Positions 11,944 to 22,416 of a DNA stretch of 64,000 nt are shown here, one piece after another. The stretch spans positions 76,083-140,082 of the forward strand of contig CAWKAR010000026.1 in the NCBI GenBank assembly GCA_963847625.1. The letters run 5' to 3'. Position 1 is the stretch's first letter. Each line of letters starts with the position of its first letter. Both the position numbers and the translations under genes were made by a program. The notes beneath the pieces were generated by a model. That model was given only the letters and a program-made list of their open reading frames with translations, ran no database searches and was not told the origin of the DNA. Origin of the DNA: a candidate division FCPU426 bacterium (GTDB lineage Bacteria > Oederibacteriota > Muellerivitia > Muellerivitales > Muellerivitaceae).

Positions 11944-12119
11944 GTCATCGCGAGCACTGCTTCTCGCTGCGGTGCGAGGAGCCAGCCCCAATCGGGGCGA
12001 TTTGCGACGTGGCGACTCCAGTTTGTCGTTCGATTTAGGCCGTTTAAAAAGCTATTAACTGAGGTTGTACGTTGGCCCTTTGGGCCAAGTATGGTCGGCC
12101 TGAAATTCAGGCCAACTAC
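11944..12119. repeat. Cluster of REP-like extragenic palindromes
   Basis: GTCATCGCGAG...GCGACGTGGCGACTCC element (11944-12019) with internal hairpins, followed by a GTAC-hairpin-hairpin-CTAC doublet (12067-12119). Confidence 0.5.
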
Positions 12120-12180
12120 TTCAAACCTGTCATAAACGCCCCGCTATTCGCGGAGCATTCCATCAAAGACAAACAATCAA

Positions 12181-13239
12181 TTATTCCTGGAATCGGTTAG
12201 CTTTCCAGAGCGCCACAAAGGCTCCCAGGCAACGCATCGCGTCTTCCGTAACGCTGACCGAACTGGCCCCCAAGCCGCACGCAGTCGAGAAAAAGGAACG
12301 CCCTGTTAATTCCCCCATCTCCATCCCTTTTTTCGAGAGAAGTTCGACCGTATCTTCCCAACGGTTGTACAACTCCGCCGGATCGGCGAATTGGCCTTGC
12401 ACCATTCCGGTGGGCACGATCCCCCAAACGATGTTCCCCCCTTTTCGGAGGTATTTTTTCAAGTTTTCGGCGTCCTCCAGGAGATGGTCCATATATTGGG
12501 ACGCGTCGAAGTGGAAAAACTCGGCTGTTGTCTCGAATGCCCAAGGCCAGGGTCCCGGGCCGCAGCAATGCAGACCCACTAAGGCTCCCTCCTCCTGGAG
12601 TCCTTCAATGACACACGAATGCCATTCCCGGATGTCCTTCCACCGGATTCCATAGTTTTTCGGTTCGAAATTGCGGCTCAGGAAAGGCTCATCCAGGAAA
12701 AGCACCACCGGTTTTCCCAAGACTGAGAGTTTTTCCAATTGCCAACGAGCATGTAAAAGCACGTATTGGACGAGCAACTTCATTGCTTCCCTTGATACCA
12801 CGAGGGGTTTTCCTTCATCGTCCTTGACCAGCAATCCCCAGCTCAGGGGGCCAATCAGTTGTCCCTTGACAGCGAGGATATTGCTTTTTTGCAGGCGTTC
12901 GCTTTCCTGTAAAAAAGCATAAAAACCCGTGGCTTCATCCGGTTGGAAAGCGGCCCTTTCCAAATAGTGCCGGCGGTTTTCCTCTGTCATTAACTCCAAT
13001 GCCTCTTTCATCCCCCTGGGTGAGAGGGTGAGCAGGGGTTGTTCCGGTGACCCCCAATTCAAGCCGGGCAGGCCGGAGAGGCCCTGCAGGTTCATTCGTT
13101 CCTTCGAGGATTTTTTGGGGAGTTGGGGCCAGGCCGGCACCTCGGGAAAACCCTGGATTTGCGCCTTGACGGCGGCCATCGCGTCCAATGTTGGCAGGGA
13201 GCCGACGGCAATGCGGGCGCCTTCCGTTAATCCATCCAT
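12181..13239 (-). CDS. Short cobalamin-independent ('core') methionine synthase-like protein
   Basis: GSLP, WPQLP, KGQLIGP, LDEP, LHCCG, WGIVP and TACGLG (His-x-Cys...Cys zinc pattern of the MetE catalytic barrel); about 350 aa, no MetE N-terminal domain. Start set at ATG 13239. Confidence 0.75.
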   Translation of the reverse strand: MDGLTEGARIAVGSLPTLDAMAAVKAQIQGFPEVPAWPQLPKKSSKERMNLQGLSGLPGLNWGSPEQPLLTLSPRGMKEALELMTEENRRHYLERAAFQPDEATGFYAFLQESERLQKSNILAVKGQLIGPLSWGLLVKDDEGKPLVVSREAMKLLVQYVLLHARWQLEKLSVLGKPVVLFLDEPFLSRNFEPKNYGIRWKDIREWHSCVIEGLQEEGALVGLHCCGPGPWPWAFETTAEFFHFDASQYMDHLLEDAENLKKYLRKGGNIVWGIVPTGMVQGQFADPAELYNRWEDTVELLSKKGMEMGELTGRSFFSTACGLGASSVSVTEDAMRCLGAFVALWKANRFQE

Positions 13240-14000
13240 GGGTGATCCCCCCAAGGCCAGTCCGAAAAATGGCCGAATTCTTCCTTAGCGGTCAAGTTCA
13301 AATGCAGTGGCGTCACTGAAATATAACCCGCACGGATCCTTGAAACGTCCGATTCGGGATGCTCCACGGTAGGCTCGCTGGGACTATTCAGGATGTAGTT
13401 ATAGTGGTCGTCCAATTCCCCATGTTTATCGAGATCGTCGATATGCCGGAATTCCCCCTGGTGGGTCAAGGCAACACCCTTGATGGAGCCGGCCGGAAGG
13501 GGGGGGACATTGACATTCAGGAAAACCCCCGGGGCCATTCCCTTTTCCTGGATCCATTGGGCCAGATTCCTCGAGAATTTCGCACAGGCGGTAAAATCCT
13601 TGATTTGGTGGCTGGTTAAGGAGATGGCGGCCGCGGGTATTCCCAGGAGCACCGCTTCCGCCGCCGCCGCGACCGTTCCGGAATAGATGATCAAGGAACC
13701 GTAATTGGCCCCTTGGTTGATCCCAGATAGTACCAGGTCCGGCTTCCAGGGCAACAGCTTGAGGACGGCCGTGCGGACGCAATCAGCGGGGGTGCTGGAA
13801 ATGCGGTAGGAATAACGGACCCCGGGCCAGGGGGATTCCAGGACTTTAAACGGCGTGTTCAGGGAAATGGAATGGCCCAAGGCGCTGGATTGTTTTTCGG
13901 GCGCCGAAATGGCCACTTCCCCGAGAGCGCGGACTTCCTCAAAAAGGGCCTTCAGGCCCGGGGCCTCGATACCGTCGTCATTGGTGAGCAAAATCTTCAT
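13227..14000 (-). CDS. surE: 5'/3'-nucleotidase SurE
   Basis: ILLTNDDG, TPADC, SGINQGAN, YSGTVAAA and SVTPL. Confidence 0.96.
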   Translation of the reverse strand: MKILLTNDDGIEAPGLKALFEEVRALGEVAISAPEKQSSALGHSISLNTPFKVLESPWPGVRYSYRISSTPADCVRTAVLKLLPWKPDLVLSGINQGANYGSLIIYSGTVAAAAEAVLLGIPAAAISLTSHQIKDFTACAKFSRNLAQWIQEKGMAPGVFLNVNVPPLPAGSIKGVALTHQGEFRHIDDLDKHGELDDHYNYILNSPSEPTVEHPESDVSRIRAGYISVTPLHLNLTAKEEFGHFSDWPWGDHPWMD

Positions 14001-14126
14001 GCGGCATAGGATAAGGCTAAAGGCCCTTTTTGGACAATAGCCGCGAATGAAAAAAACCTATTGGCTTTGAGGAGTCCTCAACCGGGAAAGACCGACAAAC
14101 TTCAGTGTTAGCGGAAAAGGTAGCTT

Positions 14127-16520
14127 TTAAAAGAGGTCGCCCAGGTTGAAGTGGAGGACTCCAGCGTGAGGGGCCGCGGAGGTCGAAAGATCGGAATCGA
14201 TGGCCCAACCGTAGTCGAGGCGGATGGCCATGACGGTGCCGGGAATGGTCAGGCGGAGGCCCAGTCCCGCCCCGAACTGGACGTGGGACTCATCGAGGTT
14301 CAAGACCGTGGTCCAGGCGTCACCCGCATCGAAAAACAAGACGCCCCGAAGGGGACCGACGATGGCATGCTTGAGTTCGGTATTGGAAACGAACAGGGCG
14401 TCACCGCCCGCCACGGGGCCCACGCTTCGTTCGTTATAGCCCCGAATGGTGTCCGTGCCCCCCGCGAAGAACTTTTCGTACAAGGGAACGTCGGTGAAAC
14501 CGCGGCCCGGGAACCAGTAGCCCTGGCCCGCGCCGGCCCGGACATGCTCTCCGAGCACGAATCCCGCCACCAACGGAATGAAATGACTGGTATCCCCGAT
14601 CACCTTGATGAAATTGGTATCTGCTCCCAGGGGGCCTCCCGCGAACTCCACCGACAACTGGTGCTTCCACCCGGTCGTGGGGTCGAAATAGTTGTCACGG
14701 TTGTCGAACACGACCCGAGGAGTGAAACTGCTGGTGGTAAGGTCGGAGGACTGGATGTATTGCGGGGTGCCGGGTGTTGTGTAATAGGGATCCACGCTTC
14801 CGATGTCGACATTCTCGAAAAGATAGGTCCCGAACACGTTCCAGTAGCGGCTCAGCTTGCGGCCCAGGCTGAGGGAACCCCCGTACCGTTTTTCCGTGTA
14901 AAAGTTGGTGGAGTTGTCGTAGGGATTCGGAACCGCGGTGGTATAGATCCGGTCGGTGTCGAAAACGTCGATTCCGAAGGAAGTCCTCGTGTTGAAAAGC
15001 CATGGTTCGGAGAAGCCAATGTCGAAGCTCGTCTGGGAAGCCCCGAACTGGACGTTGATGCTCCCGTGAAGCCCGTGGCCCAACAGATTAGCTTCGTCCA
15101 GCTTGACCGTCCCCACCAAGCCGTCCACCGAACTGTAACCCCCGCCGACGCTGATCGTCCCCGTTTTCCTTTCCTTTACGCGGAAGACCAGGATTTCCTT
15201 GCCCGGCGTGTCGCCGGGCTCGACTTCGGGGTTCACTTCGTCAAAGTAACCCAGGTTATAAAGGTTCTGCGCGGAACCCCGGATCAAATTGGCCTCGAAC
15301 TTGTCGCCCGCGTTGATCATCAACTCCCGGCGGATGACGTAATCCGCCGTCTTGTAGTTCCCCACGATCTTGATGTCCTGGACATAGGCGATCTCTCCCT
15401 CGCTGATGTCGAAAACAAGGCTTACTTTTTTCAATTCCTCGTCGTAATTCAGGGTGGGCTTGACGACGGAGTAGATATATCCCTTGTCCGCGTACAGGGT
15501 TTTCATCTTGCGGGTGCCGTCATCCAGGCTGCTTTTGCTCAAGACCTCGTTTTTTTTCAAGCCGAGGGCCTTGGACAGGTCCTCGTCGTCGAAAAGGACG
15601 TTTCCGTGGTATTCAACCCCGGCAAAAGTGTATTTATCCCCTTCCTTGACCTTGAGGGTGATGAAAACCTTCCGCCGGGTGGGGCTCAAGGTTTCCTGGT
15701 GGCTCAAAACGGCGGCCTTGAGATAGCCTTCGTCGTGGTAAAAATCCTCGATTTTTTTGATGTCCTCATCCAAAAGGTCGGGTTTGAAATTGTCGCCGGA
15801 GTGGTTGTTTTTCATTTGCTCGGCGACCTTTTTCTCGCTGAAAGCCTCCGCCCCGGTGACCGTAACTTTGGCCACCTTGACTTTCCGCCCTTCCGAAATA
15901 TAGAAGGTTACCTCGGCCGTGTTGGCCTCCGTGTCCACTTTGCTCTTGACAGAAACATTAACGTTGGAATAGCCCTCGTCCAGGTAAAGTTTCTTGATGG
16001 CGGTCACGTCGCCGTTCAACTTGGCGGGGTCGAAGGTTTCCTTGGGGGAACTCTTGATTTCCTGGAGAAATTTGGAGGGACCCCATTTTTTTTGGCCGAT
16101 AAATATGATCTTGCTGATCTGGGGGCGTTCTTTCACCTGGAAGGTCAAAACCACCTGGCCGGTCTTAACCGCTTGTTCCACGTCCGCCTGGACGTCCGTG
16201 AAATCCCCCATGTTGAACAGGTTGTGGATGTCCATTCGAACGCGCCGGAGCGAGAAGTCATCCCCTTCTTTTTCAATCAGGTGGCCGTAAATCAGGAGGG
16301 CTGACACGTTTTTGTTGCCCGCGACCTTGATGGAGGCGATCTTTGCCGACAGATCGGTTTGGCCCATGAGGGGGGCGGCTATAGAAAATAAAAAGCAAAA
16401 AACCATGAAACCCACGCCAAGACATAATCGTCTGCATGGTGTTGAAATCGGACTCAAAAAAACCTCCAAAAAAGGATTAAATGACCCATTCAAGAACGAT
16501 GAAGATAAATGAACTGGCAA
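14127..16520 (-). CDS. bamA: Outer membrane protein assembly factor BamA (Omp85); true start may be ~40 codons downstream
   Basis: POTRA-like repeats, GGTDTIRGY loop motif and C-terminal FNLGDLF. Confidence 0.9.
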   Translation of the reverse strand: MPVHLSSSFLNGSFNPFLEVFLSPISTPCRRLCLGVGFMVFCFLFSIAAPLMGQTDLSAKIASIKVAGNKNVSALLIYGHLIEKEGDDFSLRRVRMDIHNLFNMGDFTDVQADVEQAVKTGQVVLTFQVKERPQISKIIFIGQKKWGPSKFLQEIKSSPKETFDPAKLNGDVTAIKKLYLDEGYSNVNVSVKSKVDTEANTAEVTFYISEGRKVKVAKVTVTGAEAFSEKKVAEQMKNNHSGDNFKPDLLDEDIKKIEDFYHDEGYLKAAVLSHQETLSPTRRKVFITLKVKEGDKYTFAGVEYHGNVLFDDEDLSKALGLKKNEVLSKSSLDDGTRKMKTLYADKGYIYSVVKPTLNYDEELKKVSLVFDISEGEIAYVQDIKIVGNYKTADYVIRRELMINAGDKFEANLIRGSAQNLYNLGYFDEVNPEVEPGDTPGKEILVFRVKERKTGTISVGGGYSSVDGLVGTVKLDEANLLGHGLHGSINVQFGASQTSFDIGFSEPWLFNTRTSFGIDVFDTDRIYTTAVPNPYDNSTNFYTEKRYGGSLSLGRKLSRYWNVFGTYLFENVDIGSVDPYYTTPGTPQYIQSSDLTTSSFTPRVVFDNRDNYFDPTTGWKHQLSVEFAGGPLGADTNFIKVIGDTSHFIPLVAGFVLGEHVRAGAGQGYWFPGRGFTDVPLYEKFFAGGTDTIRGYNERSVGPVAGGDALFVSNTELKHAIVGPLRGVLFFDAGDAWTTVLNLDESHVQFGAGLGLRLTIPGTVMAIRLDYGWAIDSDLSTSAAPHAGVLHFNLGDLF

Positions 16521-16635
16521 TCAAAGGGCGGTATTCTAACACGCCTTGGGTATATCGCCAAATAATAACCGCCTATTTTTGGACGTTTCGGGAGGACAAA
16601 ACGGCGCTAGGGGTACCTGGAAGTCCCTAAAAAAG

Positions 16636-19600
16636 TCATTCCTCGGAAGTTGCAGAAATTTTTTCTTCCTTCATTTGCTCGTTGAGGTTGGGATCTTTGA
16701 CCGTGACTCGGATGGTGTAATCCTGGTCTGTGCTCAAATTTCCAATGACCGACTCATGGAAATAATCCCAATTGTTTTTTTCCGGAATAACTAGACGAAT
16801 CAATTGGTTATCCGAGTCCAGAACGCGAATCTCGCTTTTCGTGACTTTGTCGGTGTTCCATTCCAAATGAAATTTTCCCGGCCCGACGGGGTAAATCTCG
16901 AATTTCTCAAAGCGAGGTTTTTCTTTATCCCCTTTTTTGGGCATAATGATATCTGGGATGGACTGTTTAAGATTAAAAAGAGCCGTGGTTTCTTGTTGTC
17001 CGTTTTGATTCGTACCAACAGCCGTGCTGAAGGTCAATTTAGGATTTATAGCATATTCCAGGGCTAACCGCCCTTCTGGTACCGCATTACCTGTGCTAAG
17101 TTCACGTCCAACCCCAAAATCCGTTTTTATAGTCAATTTCGGGCTGATGGGTTTTATGAACTCGACATTTCCTATCGTCTGGGTATCACCAACGACTCCC
17201 TTGATGACATTTCCCCCTGCCCCCGGCACGGGGGTCATGACCGTCGGCCCAGTACCGCCCGGAATGGGATTTCCTTGGAAGACAACATCTGTACCCAGGA
17301 ATTTTTGAGTATAGGTCCTGGCAAAACGAGTCGCCTCGTTCAAGGCGATGCGGTTGATAGCGTCGATGGCTGCGGCACTTGCGGCCTGGCCGTACTTTTT
17401 TTGGTAATCCTGCTGTAATTGCTGGCTATTGAGCCCGGTCAAGTCACTCCCGAATAAAATGTAGGACAAGAGAATTTTTTGCTGGACGTCCTTGTCGTTG
17501 GTGCTGAAGTGGGGATTGGAGTCCAAGGCAAAATCCACCTTACCGAAGGTTCCCTTGAAGTCCACCCATACATCCATATCTGTTTGGCGGGTATATCCAT
17601 TGGTAGTAACATCAACGTTTAAAAGCTTGTCTATGCCCCTCCCCCTCATATAAGGCAATTTTCCCTTGGGGATGTCCAGATAGACGCTTTGAACGTTGAA
17701 TCGGTGGCTTAAATAACTGAGGTATCCCTGGCTCGCCGTGGCCGTGCCATAACACTGGACTCCGGATTGCTGGGGGGTTTTATCGGAATCTTTTCCTTCG
17801 ATCTTGATCTTGGAACTTTGGTCTACCTTGACCTCAAGGTATTGTGAATTGAAATCGTTCGAGTAGTAAGTTCCTGAGCCCGGAAGCAGGGTTAAATCGA
17901 AAACGACGTTGGAAAGTTCTTTGTAGTCGATTTTTTCTCCCTTCTCGTCAACCATCTCCACCGGCGGCCAGGTGTAATGGCCTGTTTCCAATTTTGCAGT
18001 TCCAATGACATGGGCCTCGGAGAGGGGTCCTTGGATGAGGAGAGGGTCCTCCGGTGTAGCACCGTAAAAATAAATCTCCCCCCATTCTCCCGGACGCATA
18101 ATATCGGGAATATTGAGGAAAAGACCGTGATCCCCCACGGTCTTGACCCTGAAATCCAGGTATTGGGGGATAAAATTGACCAGCCTCATCTTGGTCTGGT
18201 CGGCGGGCGGTGAGCTGATAAACACCCTTCCCTGCCCGATGCGGCCGCTTAAATCCTCCACAACCAGCCGGTTGTCCCGCACCTTGATTCGGCCGTTGAT
18301 GTCCTCGATAGATTTAGCGACGAGCGTCGGGACCATCTGGCATTGTTTCAAGTCCAGGTCCAGGTTGAGGACGGGATCGTCCAGGGTCCCTCCCACATGG
18401 GCCGAGAAATCCATCTGGCCCGAGGCCTTTTTGGCGAGCCCCGCAGCCAGGAGCAGGCTGAAATCGCCCTGGGCCATCTGGGCGTTAATGTCCATTTCCT
18501 GGTTTCTCACCTTCAGCCAGCTTTCATGGTTCAAGGCAAGGGGCATCTTCCCCTCCACCTGGAGGCTATAAACCCCCTTCCGGGCGAACTGGAGGGGGGC
18601 TTCCTTGCTTCCGAGATATAGGATGTTTTCCTTCGCCTGGACTTCCCCGTCCAGCAAATCAAACGGAAGGTCACCCACCTTCCCGTTGGAAACCGAAAGG
18701 GAACCCGTGAATATGGGATCAGCCAAGGTCCCCTCGAGGATCAGGTGGTAATGGCCCGTTCCGGTGATGGGAAATCCCGGGAGCAGCCACTTCCCCACTT
18801 CCTCGATGGGAATATTCCCGGCGTCCGAGGTGAGGTGGCTTTCGCCCTGCAGGTCCAGGGTTCCGTCCACCGAGAAGGTACCCGGAGAATGAAGAAGACG
18901 GATGTCCTTGAACAAGATTAAATCGCTTTTGGAAATATCCAATTGGCCGACCAATTGGGGTTTTTCCTCTTCCGACGGCAGGAATTCTATGATTTTCTTA
19001 TGGATCCGAAGGGACAAAACAAACGGGTTGGGTGTTTTCGTTCCTGTTTCCGGCCCCAGAATCGAGATTTTTCCCAGGAAGGTGGGCCGGTTCTCCTTTT
19101 CCTCCAGAGCCAATTTCCCGTCCAAATGGACCCGGCTGGACAAATTAAAAACCGCGATGGGCACATTGGAAGCGGAACCATCTAGGCTTAATGAAACTAG
19201 GGAGGGGTCCTCAGGGTCGGGCGCGAATTTACCGTCTTCGATGTTGATTTCACCGCGCGCGAGTGTGATCTTGTTTTTCTCCAGGAAAATTTTTCCCCCT
19301 GTTTCAGAAAAATGCAGTTTAGCCGAAGGAACCTGGTAGTTGTCGAACACCAGGTTTTCCCCATCCAGGGAAAAACCAACCAGGAGTTTAGCCCAAGTGC
19401 CGGACACGGATAGGTTTCCATTTACATCCCCCGCCACCCGATGTTTTTCCGAATTGATGCTTAAAAGCGACAGGATATTGGCGAATTTCTCGTCCTGGCA
19501 AGGGCCATTCATGTCGATTCTGCATTCTGGATCCCAAACCGCATGAGGGGATGCCAAGGTGCCTGCCAGGGAATACTTGGCTTTGTCTTTTTCAAGGCTT

Positions 19601-22416
19601 AACTCCAGGGAGATTTGGGTTTTATCGCCTGAAAAGTTAAGTCCCAGCCTGTTGAATGCGTATTTCTGGACCATTCCCTCTGTCAAAAGAATGTTCCCGG
19701 AAAGGGGCAAATCGGATAAAGCCCCCTTGAGGGTGATTTTTCCCGAAATGGTCCCAGCGGTCTTTAAAGAAGGGGGGAAAAACTGTTCCAATTCCGGCAT
19801 TTCAGCCAGGAGCGTCGGTTCGATTTTCAAGTCCGCCTGGATCTGGGCCCGGGTTTGAGAAAGGTCCAGGAAGGCGGATCCGGCGATGACTTTTCCTATA
19901 TTGATACGGCCCCTCAACCTCAAGTCATCGCAGGAAGCGCTCATGCTGAAATCCCTGAAGCGGTATGGGTTTTTCAAATCGCCGATGGAGTAATCCTTCG
20001 CAGCGAAAGTCCCATTCCAATTCTTCCAGAAGGGATCCCCTGTTTGGGCTTTCCAGGTGAAATCACCTGTCAGGTAAGGCCCATGTCCCAATTGGAATTT
20101 TTTCGCCGTCATGCGCAATTCCATCGTTCCGGGATCAGAATGATAATTCCAACTTCCCGTGGCCAAGAAGTGGTTTTTACCCTGCCAAATTTTCAATTTC
20201 CGGATCTGAATTTTCCCCGGGTCGGGAGTCAAGAGAGCCTCCACCCGGTCCGCCCACCAATCCCCGGCTCGGAAAGATGTCACTGAGCCATCCCCATCCA
20301 GGATGGGATTCTTCCGAATCCCCCCCAAATGGAAGTTACCCGTGATCGATCCCTTGAAGGGTTGGGGAGGATTGGTCCAATTTACCAAACCGGCCAGGGC
20401 ACCGATGGGTATTCCAACCGCTTTGATCCTCAAGTCAAGGGGTGATTCGTCTTTAAAGCCGACCCGTCCCTTGACGGAGAAAGCAGTACCCCATTCCAGA
20501 TGGTTGAATTCAAGCTCCCCTGTTTTCAAGGCCAAGTCTCCGTTGAGGGGTTGCGGCTCCATGTCACCCATGACGACCTCGTCGGAGGAAAAAAGGATCT
20601 GCGCCTTCGGTTCCTTCCGCGTCCCGCTGATTAAAACGTCCCAATCCACATTACCGGCCACATCCGGGAATTGTTCCTTGAAAAAGGGGATATCCTGGAC
20701 AGAAATATCCTTGCCGTGGATTTGAACGTCGATGGGTTTGTCCTCGTCCTTCGGCAAGTTGCCGGACCAACTGAGGTGTCCGGTTTTTTTCCCGAGGAAA
20801 AGCTCCAGTTTGTCGATTTGCCAGAAGTCGGTTTTTTCCGTGAATTTGCAGGCCATTTTTGTTTTCCCATTGATGGTGGAGGACATCTCCAGTTTTCCAT
20901 CCTTCAATTGGGCCTTGTTTTGCATGTCGTACCTGAAAAGGTTATTCCTCAAGAAGCGGTTCAAAACAACTGAGCTCGTGCTGGAAAAAATCGGATCCTG
21001 CAATGTCCCGCCCACCGTGATTTGGCCGTCACCCGACAAATCCTTGATTCCATAGCCAGCGGGTAAAGCGCCCGTGTTCAAGCCGCTCAAGGAAGCCGTC
21101 AAGGAGATGGGGGCGTCGGACTTCCCGGAAAGGCCGATCATGCCTCCCCCGGTGAACCGGCCCCCGTACAGGTTTCCACCCAATTCCTGGATTTTGAACT
21201 GGCCAGCCTGGTACCCGCCCTGGACGTTAAGGGAATCCAACAGCAGTTTGCCGATATGGGATGTTCCCAGCTCGGCCTTCCCGGACAGGATGGGGTCCTG
21301 AAAGGTACCAGACGCCTCCAGGACGGCTTTCCCCTCTCCGTCGCTTTTGAACGCCTTGATTTTCAGGATGTCGCTGAAGAAGCTGGAGAGATACAAATGA
21401 TCCGTCGAGGTCTTAAAAGCCAGGGGGCTGTTGTCGAAGGGGATGCTTCCTTTGGCCGACCAGGGGGTGTCGCCGGTGAAAAACCGGAGTTCCTCCGGGA
21501 TATTGATGCCGTTCGGGCGGACAAAGGCTCTCCCGTTGATGCCCGAGAAAACCACCCCGATCGGGCCCGGAGCCGCAACGGTGGCCTCGTGAACGTTGAT
21601 TTTCGCGTCATACCACATTCCCCGGGAGAGCCGGAACACCAGGGGGATTTCAGCGTCCAGGGTTCCCGCCGTCAACTGCCAACCCGCCAGATCCTTCAAG
21701 ACGGAACCCGCGGAGGCCAGGGGCCAGTGATCCAGGAAGGCGCGGCCCGATATCTTTAAATCATCCAGATGAAGGCTGCCGTTATACCGGAGGGATCCGG
21801 GATGGGTGCCCGCCTCTGAATGGGCGGAAAAGATAAGGGACCAGCTTTTCCCGTCCTGGGAAAGGGCATCGAAATCAACATCCGCCAGGATGTTTCGGGA
21901 CACCTTCCCCGACTGGATGAAAAAGGAGCCCAGACGGACGTTGACCCGGGGGGCCGGCACCATCAGCATGGGAATCGGAATGGGCGTGGAGAAGGAGGTC
22001 GCGGCACCGGTTGGCGGGGGATTCGAGTCCATGTGAATGAGAAAAACCTGGGGATGGATGAAGGAAAGACTCCGCAAGCAGCTTTCCAGGTCCTTTTTCA
22101 GAAAAAGCAGGTCCACGAGATCAAGGTTGATGGCGACTTGATCGACCAGCAAGCGGGTCTTCCAGGGAATTCCATCCAGGGACATGGAAACATGGTTGAG
22201 GATGACATCCCCGGTTAAGCCCCCGCGCACGGATTCGATGGCTACGGACGAATGGAGGCTTTTGGCGAGTTCCTTCTCCACGAGAGGCCGCAGTTGGGTA
22301 TCCACGATCCGGTTGAAAAATAGGAAGGCGCATCCCAGGACCGCCAAGGCCAGCCCGGTGCCCAGAAACCACCTGGATTTACGGGGCTTCCCGTCCATGT
22401 TAAGACTTCGAGTCAA
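16636..22416 (-). CDS. tamB: TamB/AsmA-like translocation and assembly protein (1926 aa)
   Basis: N-terminal TM anchor, repeated GTLxxPxxxG beta-taco units and position directly upstream of Omp85. Confidence 0.75.
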   Translation of the reverse strand: MTRSLNMDGKPRKSRWFLGTGLALAVLGCAFLFFNRIVDTQLRPLVEKELAKSLHSSVAIESVRGGLTGDVILNHVSMSLDGIPWKTRLLVDQVAINLDLVDLLFLKKDLESCLRSLSFIHPQVFLIHMDSNPPPTGAATSFSTPIPIPMLMVPAPRVNVRLGSFFIQSGKVSRNILADVDFDALSQDGKSWSLIFSAHSEAGTHPGSLRYNGSLHLDDLKISGRAFLDHWPLASAGSVLKDLAGWQLTAGTLDAEIPLVFRLSRGMWYDAKINVHEATVAAPGPIGVVFSGINGRAFVRPNGINIPEELRFFTGDTPWSAKGSIPFDNSPLAFKTSTDHLYLSSFFSDILKIKAFKSDGEGKAVLEASGTFQDPILSGKAELGTSHIGKLLLDSLNVQGGYQAGQFKIQELGGNLYGGRFTGGGMIGLSGKSDAPISLTASLSGLNTGALPAGYGIKDLSGDGQITVGGTLQDPIFSSTSSVVLNRFLRNNLFRYDMQNKAQLKDGKLEMSSTINGKTKMACKFTEKTDFWQIDKLELFLGKKTGHLSWSGNLPKDEDKPIDVQIHGKDISVQDIPFFKEQFPDVAGNVDWDVLISGTRKEPKAQILFSSDEVVMGDMEPQPLNGDLALKTGELEFNHLEWGTAFSVKGRVGFKDESPLDLRIKAVGIPIGALAGLVNWTNPPQPFKGSITGNFHLGGIRKNPILDGDGSVTSFRAGDWWADRVEALLTPDPGKIQIRKLKIWQGKNHFLATGSWNYHSDPGTMELRMTAKKFQLGHGPYLTGDFTWKAQTGDPFWKNWNGTFAAKDYSIGDLKNPYRFRDFSMSASCDDLRLRGRINIGKVIAGSAFLDLSQTRAQIQADLKIEPTLLAEMPELEQFFPPSLKTAGTISGKITLKGALSDLPLSGNILLTEGMVQKYAFNRLGLNFSGDKTQISLELSLEKDKAKYSLAGTLASPHAVWDPECRIDMNGPCQDEKFANILSLLSINSEKHRVAGDVNGNLSVSGTWAKLLVGFSLDGENLVFDNYQVPSAKLHFSETGGKIFLEKNKITLARGEINIEDGKFAPDPEDPSLVSLSLDGSASNVPIAVFNLSSRVHLDGKLALEEKENRPTFLGKISILGPETGTKTPNPFVLSLRIHKKIIEFLPSEEEKPQLVGQLDISKSDLILFKDIRLLHSPGTFSVDGTLDLQGESHLTSDAGNIPIEEVGKWLLPGFPITGTGHYHLILEGTLADPIFTGSLSVSNGKVGDLPFDLLDGEVQAKENILYLGSKEAPLQFARKGVYSLQVEGKMPLALNHESWLKVRNQEMDINAQMAQGDFSLLLAAGLAKKASGQMDFSAHVGGTLDDPVLNLDLDLKQCQMVPTLVAKSIEDINGRIKVRDNRLVVEDLSGRIGQGRVFISSPPADQTKMRLVNFIPQYLDFRVKTVGDHGLFLNIPDIMRPGEWGEIYFYGATPEDPLLIQGPLSEAHVIGTAKLETGHYTWPPVEMVDEKGEKIDYKELSNVVFDLTLLPGSGTYYSNDFNSQYLEVKVDQSSKIKIEGKDSDKTPQQSGVQCYGTATASQGYLSYLSHRFNVQSVYLDIPKGKLPYMRGRGIDKLLNVDVTTNGYTRQTDMDVWVDFKGTFGKVDFALDSNPHFSTNDKDVQQKILLSYILFGSDLTGLNSQQLQQDYQKKYGQAASAAAIDAINRIALNEATRFARTYTQKFLGTDVVFQGNPIPGGTGPTVMTPVPGAGGNVIKGVVGDTQTIGNVEFIKPISPKLTIKTDFGVGRELSTGNAVPEGRLALEYAINPKLTFSTAVGTNQNGQQETTALFNLKQSIPDIIMPKKGDKEKPRFEKFEIYPVGPGKFHLEWNTDKVTKSEIRVLDSDNQLIRLVIPEKNNWDYFHESVIGNLSTDQDYTIRVTVKDPNLNEQMKEEKISATSEE

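Noticed and set aside
14151..16304. 717-aa plus-strand ORF and other long antisense ORFs (5731..6936, 23343..24533, 49976..50950)
   Set aside because: They are shadows of well-supported genes in GC-rich DNA and contain no recognisable motifs.
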